Shown here: one piece after another, positions 11,580 through 21,607 of the stretch
Position numbering within the stretch: the stretch's first letter is position 1
How the letters are laid out: each line of letters opens with the position of its first letter
The notes under the pieces: generated by a model
Database searches by the model: none
Told to the model about the DNA's origin: nothing
The model's input: the letters and a program-made list of their open reading frames with translations, nothing else
Assembly: GCF_001194135.2 (NCBI RefSeq)
Contig: NC_068996.1
Location: 47,254,414-47,290,494 of the forward strand
Source: Octopus bimaculoides
Lineage: Eukaryota
Length of the DNA stretch: 36,081 nucleotides
Reading direction: 5' to 3'
Translations under genes and position numbers: made by a program

Positions 11580-11630
11580 CGCTGTTTCTGGGATATCCCC
11601 GAGTATGGGATATTCCATCATCAGGGACAA
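11580..11630 (-). ncRNA. Degenerate hammerhead motif
   Basis: CUGAUGA, 11-bp stem II with one mismatch (11589-11617), GAAACAGC; the second half of the stem III palindrome and the stem I partner are not present. Confidence 0.5.
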
Positions 11631-12538
11631 ATAGGAAAAATAGGGAAAACGAAAATGGCATATATAAAGGAGATAACGACAGAAAGGAAGGGAGTAAACG
11701 AATAAGATAAGGAGATGGAGAGGAAGGAGAAAAAGAAACATAAAAGTTCATAGTTCAAATTTCCGATGTTGTAGAAAGCAGAGCATAAGCCCATAGGTGC
11801 AATCTTGCGCAGATCCATGTGGGTTAAAATCCTGAGAAAAAAAAGACGCGAACATATCAACGTTCAGTAACAGAATGGTAGTGGAGGTGGCTACTAAGTG
11901 GTAAAAGGAAAGAAAAGAAAATAAATAGAAAGATAGGTAGAGTGAATTTAAGGATTGGCTTTAGCGTAAAGTAAGGTATATAGGCGTGTGGTGTCGAAGA
12001 ATTGTGTACGGCTAACCGAGAAGATAAGAGAGAGGAGGGGGAGGTAGAGAAAGAAGGGTAAAAAAGGAGAGCAAAATGAAAAGAGTAGTAAGTGTCTGTG
12101 GTAGTTTTAACGTCTATAGGTGTTGGGGAGGAAATCTAGTAGTAAAAGTTAGTGTCCGTTTAGTGGCTGTAGTGTTATTTTTAGCAATGGGGTCATGGTG
12201 TGTCGGTAGCTGAGAATGGAAGAGCTAGCTGAATGTTAAATTATTTATGAGTGGTAGTTAGAGTTAGATATTAGGGGATTTTATGATTTAAGGTTTAAAA
12301 ATAAATTGAGGATAAATTAAAGAATTCATTATAGAAATATTGTATTTCTAAATCTCTCAGAGAGAGTTATGCAGTAGCATCACGATATAGTGATAGTTTG
12401 TTGACAACTTAATGTGGCAGTCCCAGGAAAGGGAAGAATGCTACTGTTACTTAGCCCCAAGAAACACCGTTTCTAGTTGGCTATGTGACACAAGCGTTCT
12501 GTATCCTTAAGTTTTCAAACATGGGAAATAAACATCTC

Positions 12539-12620
12539 CAACCAACAAAGCCAGCATCCAGAGACTAGTTTCAGAGTAGTTGCCCTTCATCAGTCTGGAG
12601 TAGCTTGGCTTTGCTAGCTG
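12539..12620 (-). ncRNA. Type I hammerhead ribozyme (minimal, palindromic stem III, extended stem I)
   Basis: Minus: UCCAGA-CUGAUGA-AGGG CAACUA CUCU-GAAA-CUAGUC|UCUGGA; palindrome ACUAGU; predicted GUC cleavage between 12563 and 12562; distal 14-bp helix 12607-12620/12539-12552. Confidence 0.88.
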
Positions 12621-12782
12621 TCGGATCTCATAAAGTGATGAGGTGAGGCAGATAGAAGAGATGTAAGATATAAGGTAGAAATAAGTGATATAGAGATATA
12701 GGAGAAATAGAAGAGGTATAGAGGAGTACGTGTTAATGGTCACAGGGGTTTGTATGTGAGTGCTATTCGGGGTGGGGGTGAC

Positions 12783-12989
12783 TTTACATTTAGATTTATG
12801 AAAGAATTTAAAAGTGCGGAAGAATTTGTGCTTACACGTAGTGAAGGCCTCGTTGTATTTATTAAGCAATTGTGATGAGTTGTGGGTTAAAATTTTGAGG
12901 GCTTCTTTTAAGCAGGGTCCACAACTGGAATGTTGGCCCTGATATGGGATACCCGAGTCTACTATAGCTCAGGAAAGTTTATACTGTAT
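12783..12989 (-). pseudogene. C-terminus of a Penelope-like GIY-YIG endonuclease ORF
   Basis: IQYKLS*AIVDSGIPYQGQHSSCGPCLKEALKILTHNSSQLLNKYNEAFTTCKHKFFRTF matches the W..V....Y....C..CL.E...I....LLNK..E....C.H pattern of PLE C-termini; in-frame TGA at 12971-12969. Confidence 0.75.
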
Positions 12990-13194
12990 TGTTATATTAA
13001 TTAGATGGTGTTAATGATTTTTATCAGGTAGTCGGCATGCTATAAAAATTGATAGGTGATTTATCCATTAGATTAATAATTTTATATATATGTATATAAT
13101 TATATATCAAACGAGCAAGGGCGAAAACGACTGAGGCTTGAAATGCTAAGGCACTCAAAAACTACCAAAAACTCCAGCTTAAATATACACATGG

Positions 13195-13812
13195 CTGAAA
13201 TCGGGCTAGTGAAAAAATATTAAAAAGGCTTCACGGTAATTGTGAATTGGGTCCAATTTCTGGATTTCTGGATGAAGGTTTTTTCCTTCATCACAAATCA
13301 CTTAATCACAAACACATGTCATATAGCTGCAATAGAATGCTGTATCACCAACAATAATCTGATTTCTCTAAGACATCACCCAGTAATCTACCAAGTCCAT
13401 TTACACATTTCTCAATACATACCTTCATCAACACGCTGACTAGCTGATAAAAATCATTAACGTGATTTTATCCTTAAATTCTATCATGAATAAATAAATA
13501 AAATAAAATGATTTAATTATTTTTATCCTACATCAGAATAGCATTTCCTGCGGGGCTATTTTGATAATATGCACGTAGCTGTCGTGAAAGGATTTAAATC
13601 TGACTTATCTTGGATCTATGCGTGCAAATATTTGTATGTAGACGTGCGAATCTGCTTTGTACAGTATGTATAATTATGTGCATTTATATTCCTCATGTAT
13701 AGTGTTGACGAAGGAAAAAAAAGCTTGTTTTTATGGGATTAATCCAGAAATTGGACCCAATTAATTATTAACGTGAAGTCTTTTAAATATTTTTTCACTA
13801 GCCCGATTTCAG
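13195..13812. repeat. Inverted repeat, 72-bp arms (13195-13266 / 13741-13812), 6 mismatches; MITE/fold-back-like
   Basis: Manual reverse-complement alignment of the arms. Confidence 0.85.
13288..13422. repeat. Dispersed ~135-bp repeat, copy 1 (copy 2 at 15322-15457, same orientation)
   Basis: Shared CATATAGCTGCAATAGAAT.CTGTATCACCAAC.ATAAT.TGATTTCTCTAAGACATCACCCAGTAATCTACCAA. Confidence 0.85.
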
Positions 13813-14415
13813 TTATGTGTGTCTGTGTGTGGGTGTGTGTGCGTGTGTTTGTCTGTGTGTGTATACGCGTGTATTCTTGTACATTCATGTAGATGCATTA
13901 CTTATAATTTATTTATTGAAGAAGGTAACGGACAAATCATTTGAAACATATGCATTATCCACGTGACATTGCAATTATTTTAATAATTTGTTCCAGAACA
14001 ATCGAAGGATATACCATTATCAACCGCATGATACATTGATTTGAAATCAGTTTTATAAATGCCAACGCACGAAAACCTCGGTCCTTGCGTCACTGCAATT
14101 TCTGCTGATTATTGATAATAAAAATATTCTCATGTTCCGAGTTCTAATTTCCTGCTTGCATCATAAAACCTATATNNNNNNNNNNNNNNNNNNNNNNNNN
14201 NNNNNNNNNNNNNNNNNNNNNNNNNNNNNNNNNNNNNNNNNNNNNNNNNNNNNNNNNNNNNNNNNNNNNNNNNNNNNNNNNNNNNNNNNNNNNNNNNNNN
14301 NNNNNNNNNNNNNNNNNNNNNNNNNNNNNNNNNNNNNNNNNNNNNNNNNNNNNNNNNNNNNNNNNNNNNNNNNNNNNNNNNNNNNNNNNNNNNNNNNNNN
14401 NNNNNNNNNNNNNNN

Positions 14416-14479
<64 letters not shown>

Positions 14480-14975
14480 GTATATATGTGTGCATGATGT
14501 ATGTAAGTATATGTATATATAATTTAAGTGAGATTCGGGTAGAAACATTATAGAATGCTGTGCATGGTTCGTCTAGAGTTATTGGCTACCTGATGTTAGC
14601 ATACATTAGAAATGCTGCTGATAAGGATATATACTAGGAATTCCATAGTATACGTGGTGTTTATATAAACAAATATAATAACTTTCCTCCTCTCTATACA
14701 TTTTTGCCACACTTTCTCTCATTCCCTTTAAAAGTATATCATTCACGCTGTGCGTGTTTGTGTGTGTGAGTGTGTATGTGTGTGTATGTTTGTGTGTGTG
14801 TGCATGTGTGCGTGTTTGTTTGTCAGTGTGTGTGCATGTATGCCTTTAACGAATTTCATTAGGCCTCGACACAGTGTGATTTTAAAAAGGTAAGTAAAAG
14901 ATAATTTTATTGGCATATTTTTCTGTTAGTAAATGTTTTTCTTACACACACACACGCGCACACACACACATACAC

Positions 14976-15028
<53 letters not shown>

Positions 15029-15321
15029 CATGGACGTTCTCGATGCAGGTTGGGGGTTAAAAATTTAAATTAAAAAATATTTTGTTGTTTATAACCCAGC
15101 AATGGGACACCGCATCATCATTCCATAAAATGTGCTTATGGGAAGAAAAATATGAAAATTTATCAATATATGTCGTAGTGACGAAGAAACGAGGGAGGTA
15201 TCAGGTGGTCGTGGAATGTGCAAGAAGCAACAACTAAATTTCTTTTAAATCATATCTCTTTTCTTCTGAAATCATTCATGATACAGAAGCTGGGAGCCTA
15301 TTTCAGTTCGGGAGTGAATTG

Positions 15322-15457
15322 TCATCACATAACACTTAGTCGCAAATACATGACATATAGCTGCAATAGAATACTGTATCACCAACGATAATTTGATTTC
15401 TCTAAGACATCACCCAGTAATCTACCAAAATCCATTTGCACATTCCTCAGTACATAC
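15322..15457. repeat. Dispersed ~135-bp repeat, copy 2
   Basis: See 13288-13422. Confidence 0.85.
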
Positions 15458-15686
15458 TGCTGTTATTACTTCCCTCCCTCATTTTATGCCTCCATCGTAG
15501 AAGAATAGATTTGCTAGTATAGAAAACGCTTGGTGAAGCTCAAATGATTCGTAGACTTTGATGTCTTTATGAAGGATCAATTCCACGGGGTAAAGAGAGG
15601 TAAATGATAAAGAATGGCTATAAGTGGCTATAAGACTAATCAAAATGAGCAGATATTGAGACAATTAAATTTTACGGATACAATAT

Positions 15687-15726
<40 letters not shown>

Positions 15727-16449
15727 NNNNNNNNNNNNNNNNNNNNNNNNNNNNNNNNNNNNNNNNNNNNNNNNNNNNNNNNNNNNNNNNNNNNNNNNNN
15801 NNNNNNNNNNNNNNNNNNNNNNNNNNNNNNNNNNNNNNNNNNNNNNNNNNNNNNNNNNNNNNNNNNNNNNNNNNNNNNNNNNNNNNNNNNNNNNNNNNNN
15901 NNNNNNNNNNNNNNNNNNNNNNNNNNNNNNNNNNNNNNNNNNNNNNNNNNNNNNNNNNNNNNNNNNNNNNNNNNNNNNNNNNNNNNNNNNNNNNNNNNNN
16001 NNNNNNNNNNNNNNNNNNNNNNNNNNNNNNNNNNNNNNNNNNNNNNNNNNNNNNNNNNNNNNNNNNNNNNNNNNNNNNNNNNNNNNNNNNNNNNNNNNNN
16101 NNNNNNNNNNNNNNNNNNNNNNNNNNNNNNNNNNNNNNNNNNNNNNNNNNNNNNNNNNNNNNNNNNNNNNNNNNNNNNNNNNNNNNNNNNNNNNNNNNNN
16201 NNNNNNNNNNNNNNNNNNNNNNNNNNNNNNNNNNNNNNNNNNNNNNNNNNNNNNNNNNNNNNNNNNNNNNNNNNNNNNNNNNNNNNNNNNNNNNNNNNNN
16301 NNNNNNNNNNNNNNNNNNNNNNNNNNNNNNNNNNNNNNNNNNNNNNNNNNNNNNNNNNNNNNNNNNNNNNNNNNNNNNNNNNNNNNNNNNNNNNNNNNNN
16401 NNNNNNNNNNNNNNNNNNNNNNNNNNNNNNNNNNNNNNNNNNNNNNNNN

Positions 16450-16507
<58 letters not shown>

Positions 16508-16730
16508 GTACATACAAACTTACTGTTAACGAAAGTCAGGATGCATTGCGTTCAGTTATTCCATAAATGAAAAATGCATTAAATACTACAAAACGTACAC
16601 GTTGGACACAAGGACCCTAATTCTTCTTCAGTTATCGACCAAAAATACTAATACCCAGTTTCATGCCTTTTACGATAAGACTGGAAACTTCGTATATTGG
16701 CGGCACCCGCAAGATTTACGTAGAATTAGA

Positions 16731-16942
16731 GCGAAGTAAATGCAAGCTAAATCACAAGGAAAAAAATATGTGAATTAATGTAGACTTCACTTATATTCAA
16801 TATTTCTCTTACACACACGCACATCAGCAACATTCGTCAATTTCTTGAAAATGGGGTTATAACCCCGAAATATTGAATACAAGGTAAGTCTACATTAATT
16901 CACATATTTGTTTTCTTGTGATTTAACTTGCATTTACTTCGC
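16731..16942. repeat. Fold-back element, 76-bp arms (16731-16806 / 16867-16942), with perfect palindrome GGGGTTATAACCCC at 16853-16866
   Basis: Manual reverse-complement alignment. Confidence 0.88.
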
Positions 16943-17604
16943 ATTGTTTTCGACTTACCTACGATCTTTTATACAATATATTCTACACAATGCTTCACAG
17001 TAATTATTCCGAAAGAAAGCAATGTGTGAAGGCGATGAATATTTAAGTTTAAATATATGGATATGTATATTAAGAGGCCAAACTTACACAGAGTACAAAT
17101 GACAGAGAAAATTACATGTACATTTGTGTGTGTGTGTGTGTGAGTATATGTAATTCTGGAAGTAATTTTAATATCTCACTCCTATGGGTTCTGTTTAGCA
17201 TGAACCATTTCACCTTGAAAATATTTAAAACACTAAAGTCGCACATAACATACGGAGGTTTCTGAAGTGAGTGTCAGAACATAATTATTGTTACTTAGAG
17301 GGTCTAGTACTGTTGTTAAGCCAATGATGGACGTTTCCACACACACATTGCAAGTAAGTGTTTATATTGATATTGAACAACGGGTGTATGATGACTGAAT
17401 GTATTTACAAGAATATGATACCTTATCGTCTGGTATTGCGAGATTTATTACTTCTTAGCTTGTGGGTACTTAAGATGAGGTGGGTGAAGATGAGAGGAAC
17501 GAAGAAAATTGAGTAGCAGAAGGAGGAGAAATACAGAAGGATGAGAAGAAAGCAAAGGACGTGGAAAAGAACAGGAAGTGATAAAGCGTGATGATAATAA
17601 TAAT

Positions 17605-17810
17605 CCTTTCCACTAAAAGCACAAGGCCTGAAATTTTGAATGAGAGGGTAAGTCGATTACAGAGTCCCCAGTGCAAAACTGGAACTTATTTCATGGATCT
17701 TGGAAATATGAAAGGCAAAGTCGACATCGGTGGAATTTGAACTCAGAACATGAAGACGGATGCCGCTAAATATTTCGCCTGGTGTGCTAACAATTCTACC
17801 AACTCGTTGC
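17605..17810 (-). mobile_element. tRNA-derived SINE, family A (diverged)
   Basis: Homologous to 853-1066; 5' side abuts the (AAT)n tract. Confidence 0.82.

Positions 17811-17891
<81 letters not shown>
17811..17891. repeat. (AAT)n microsatellite
   Basis: Pure AAT repeat. Confidence 0.98.
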
Positions 17892-17892
<1 letters not shown>

Positions 17893-18196
17893 GTGGGCAA
17901 GCCATACCAAATTATATGAATGTTGTGAGTAAAGAGGTTGAAAAAAATCACCAAGTACTCCGAATTGAAAGGAGAAAGGCCAAGACTAAATGGAATGCGA
18001 GAGGGTAATGGAAAAGTGATAAGAGTGGTGGGCTCAATCCCATTGAAACTTCAAGGCTTCTTAAGGCAACTGGAAATTCCATGGAAGATTGATGCCTTGC
18101 ATCTTAAGGAAAGTATTATCTGTTTGAGGTCCTTGTTGTAACTTAACAGATGACTAAAGACTCCGATGCAATTTTATCTACACTGTGTTACGAAGG
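17892..18196 (+). mobile_element. 5'-truncated 3' end of another R4/Dong-like RLE element
   Basis: KITKYSELKGE...VVGSIPLKLQGFLRQLEIP resembles the RLE C-terminus; (AAT)n on both sides. Confidence 0.7.
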
Positions 18197-18218
18197 AATG
18201 ATAATGATAATAATAATG

Positions 18219-18267
<49 letters not shown>

Positions 18268-18280
18268 TAATAATAATAAT
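18197..18280. repeat. (AAT)n microsatellite between two tail-to-tail retroelement ends
   Basis: AAT repeat with a few GAT units. Confidence 0.97.
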
Positions 18281-18680
18281 TTCATTATTAACCACAACGG
18301 ATTTACATTAAGTAAAACATTGAAGACAGCACAAGACAAATAGAATGTGGGGTTACATGAAAGTCGTGTAAACAATGAAAAATAATCGATTATAACAATA
18401 AATTTCCCCAAATGAGGGGAGACCTCCCTGGACTGCTCGTGGAAACCTCACAAATCCACGATAGTTCTGACCACCAGAGCAAGCACCCTCTCCACTTTGT
18501 CTACAAGCACATACTTAGAGTAGGGCCATCTATAGGCGCCGGCACGAATGTTCTCCGGAACAAACCGTCCAACACATTCTCGTCGACACCCGGAGTCTCT
18601 CCGAGAACGTCGTTGCACTTATCCACCTCTAAACCTCTATAGAAAGCCATAGTGAGATTTCCACCGACCGCATTTGAAAA
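18281..18680 (-). mobile_element. Internally deleted 3' fragment of an L1/Tx1-like element related to 1141-5455
   Basis: Minus translation DVLGETPGVDENVLDGLFRR parallels DVLEEILEIEENQLTSLFRR at about 2090-1880; TACTCTAAGTATG shared with 1416-1428; ends TTGTGGTTAATAATGAAAT(TAT)n. Confidence 0.8.
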
Positions 18681-19042
18681 AGAAGAAGAAGCAAAAGAAG
18701 AAGAAGAAGAAGAAGAAGAAGAAGAAGAAGAAGAAGAAGAATTGGAAGAAGAAGAAGAAGAAGAAGAAGAAGAAGAAGAAGAAGAAGAAGAAGAATTGGA
18801 AGAAGAAGAAAAAGTTAGAAGAAGAAGAAGAAGAAGAAGAAGAAAGAAGAAGAAGAAGAAAGAAGAAGAAGAAAGAAGAAGAATTGGAAGAAGAAGAAGA
18901 AGAAGAATTGGAAGAAGAAGAAGAAGAATTGGAAGAAGAAGAAGAATTGGAAAAAGAAGAAGAATTGGAAAAAGAAGAAGAACAATTGGAAGAAGAAGAA
19001 GAAGATTATGAAGAAGAAGAAGAAGAAGAAGAAGAAGAAGAA

Positions 19043-19089
<47 letters not shown>

Positions 19090-19140
19090 AGAAGAAGAAG
19101 AAGAAGAAGAAGAAGAAGAAGAAGAAGAAGAAGAAGAAAA

Positions 19141-19171
<31 letters not shown>

Positions 19172-19205
19172 AAGAAGAAGAAGAATTGGAAGAAGAAGAA
19201 GAAAA
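18681..19205. repeat. ~525-bp (GAA)n array with nine GAA-TTG-GAA type interruptions
   Basis: Direct reading; produces the poly-E/K/R ORFs in the track. Confidence 0.97.
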
Positions 19206-19755
19206 TTGTTTAGGAATGTTAATATACTATATGAAGTTTACATGGGAGGCGTGTATGTCATTTTTGTTTATCTATTTCTCTCATAAGGCTTGTAGTAGCT
19301 GGATTTTAACAGAAAATATTTGATGACACTGTTTGATTACTGTTCATGTGTGGCCGCTACGTCAGCAGGACTTTTTATTCCGTAAAGTGATCACGGATAA
19401 ATATCATCGAGCAATGGCTATCAAGGTCATCTCTAGCCTGACGTTAACAACTGTTTGAACACATTTAGTATAAACACGAAGATTCCCTTTCAACGTCCTT
19501 TATAGAAGTCATCACGAAACAGCTGATACGTAATTTCAATAACATTTTATTTTGGTTATTTAGTGAATTATATTCGAAGATGAACATTTAAGTATTTCAA
19601 GGTTCTTAACGTGGGTGGTTCAGCCACTAAAGGGATACTGGGCATATCTAAGAGGGCGTTACATATTAGCGGGTGGTGAGCGGGAGGAAGGGGAACAGTG
19701 AGGTAACATAACACACTAAATTTTACCTGTAGTAGTAATTATATTTTATCATGTG

Positions 19756-20090
19756 TAAAGGGTAGATCCCCTTCGGTCATGAATGACCATGGGGTTGCAC
19801 CTAGAAAGTTTCCCTCCGAGGCACAAATCTACGCAAGGTTGTTTATGGAAGACCAGCAGTCGCCCATGCATACCAGCATCCCCTTTCCACGCCATTGGTG
19901 TTATCCAAGGGAAAGGCAAAGGCCGATACAACTTAGCACCAGTGATATCACAACTCATTTCTACAACTGAGAGAACTGGAACAATGTGAAAATAAAGTGT
20001 CTTGCACAAGAATACAACACATAGCCTGGTCTGGGAATCGAATTCACTACTTCATAATTGTGAGCCCGACGCTCTTACCACTGAGCCATG
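19756..20090 (-). mobile_element. tRNA-derived SINE, family B
   Basis: Minus head CATGGCTCAGTGGTAAGAGCG...GAATTCGATTCCCAGACCAGGC followed by TGTGTTGTATTCTTGTGCAAGACACTTT, a central motif resembling conserved SINE-superfamily domains. Confidence 0.82.
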
Positions 20091-21080
20091 ATAAAACCAG
20101 AGATGGTTATTAAAATAAAATGATTTCTCATCAGGTACAGGAAAGTCGTTAACTTGCAATGTATAAAGTAAATTTACAACTTTAGTCCTTATCAATTTTT
20201 ATCATTTCCCTATTATGTGTTTAAAAATACACTGTATTTATATGAATAATATATAGTCTATGGACTAAACTTTTACACGCTAAGACACTGGTAGTAGAAA
20301 TTTCTAATATTTCTAATTACTCTTCGATATTATTAATTATATATATATATATTTCTTTTCATTCTTGGACTCCCCAAGCTCGCACGTACTTCTTTGCCCC
20401 TCCTGTTCGTGCTTCACAGCGTTCAATACATATACACTTCACGTCTGGCTGTACAGCCTTTTTGCTTGTTTGTTTATTCACCGTTTCGTTTTTCCTGTCT
20501 TGTTTTCCGACCGCCACTATCCTCCACGAAAACAATTTAATTTGTGTTCGTGGNNNNNNNNNNNNNNNNNNNNNNNNNNNNNNNNNNNNNNNNNNNNNNN
20601 NNNNNNNNNNNNNNNNNNNNNNNNNNNNNNNNNNNNNNNNNNNNNNNNNNNNNNNNNNNNNNNNNNNNNNNNNNNNNNNNNNNNNNNNNNNNNNNNNNNN
20701 NNNNNNNNNNNNNNNNNNNNNNNNNNNNNNNNNNNNNNNNNNNNNNNNNNNNNNNNNNNNNNNNNNNNNNNNNNNNNNNNNNNNNNNNNNNNNNNNNNNN
20801 NNNNNNNNNNNNNNNNNNNNNNNNNNNNNNNNNNNNNNNNNNNNNNNNNNNNNNNNNNNNNNNNNNNNNNNNNNNNNNNNNNNNNNNNNNNNNNNNNNNN
20901 NNNNNNNNNNNNNNNNNNNNNNNNNNNNNNNNNNNNNNNNNNNNNNNNNNNNNNNNNNNNNNNNNNNNNNNNNNNNNNNNNNNNNNNNNNNNNNNNNNNN
21001 NNNNNNNNNNNNNNNNNNNNNNNNNNNNNNNNNNNNNNNNNNNNNNNNNNNNNNNNNNNNNNNCTAAGCAGTGTTTACAC

Positions 21081-21433
21081 GTTGTTGGCACTCTGTCGCT
21101 TACGACGTCGAGGGTTCCAGTTGATCCGATCAACAAAACAGCTTGCTCGTGAAATTAACGTGCAAGTGGCTGAGCACTTCACAGACACGTGTACCCTTAA
21201 CATAGTTCTCGGGGATATTCAGCGTGACACAGTGTGACAAGGCTGACCCTTTGAATTACAGGCACAACAGAAACAGGAAGTAAGAGTGAGAGAATGTTGT
21301 GGTAGAAGAGTACAGCAGGGTTCGCCACCATCCCCTGCCGCTCAATAAACACTCACAACGCCCGGTCTGGGAATCGAAACCGCGATCTTATGACCGCGAG
21401 TCCGCTGCCCTAACCACTGGGCCATTGCGCCTC
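21081..21433 (-). mobile_element. tRNA-derived SINE, family D, with ~30-bp internal deletion
   Basis: Reverse complement of 8770-9152 lacking the CGAAAACACCTAAAGCTCC... segment. Confidence 0.88.
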
Positions 21434-21436
21434 CAT

Positions 21437-21607
21437 AATGAAATTAATGAAGATCAGGAGAACGGAGATTTTCACATCCAAGTTTTACTTTTATACAGTT
21501 ATCTAAATCGTTCTTCCCTTAAAGCTTAGTGAAGAACAATGTAAATTACAGTATAATAAAATATGGATGTCCAAATTTCCGTCCTCCTGATCTTCATTAA
21601 TTTCATT
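21437..21607. repeat. Inverted repeat, 44-bp arms (21437-21480 / 21564-21607), 4 mismatches; MITE-like
   Basis: Manual reverse-complement alignment. Confidence 0.85.

Larger units (their letters stand above)
10727..13050 (-). mobile_element. Head-to-tail stack of three divergent Penelope-like element 3'/pseudo-LTR segments
   Basis: Endonuclease C-terminus at 12783-12989; three pyrimidine-rich (minus strand) units each followed by a hammerhead motif; one assembly gap inside. Confidence 0.7.

Noticed and set aside
19505-19535. GAAACAGCTGATA, similar to the stem III palindrome at 10860
   Set aside because: No upstream CUGANGA or stem II, and the palindrome is broken.
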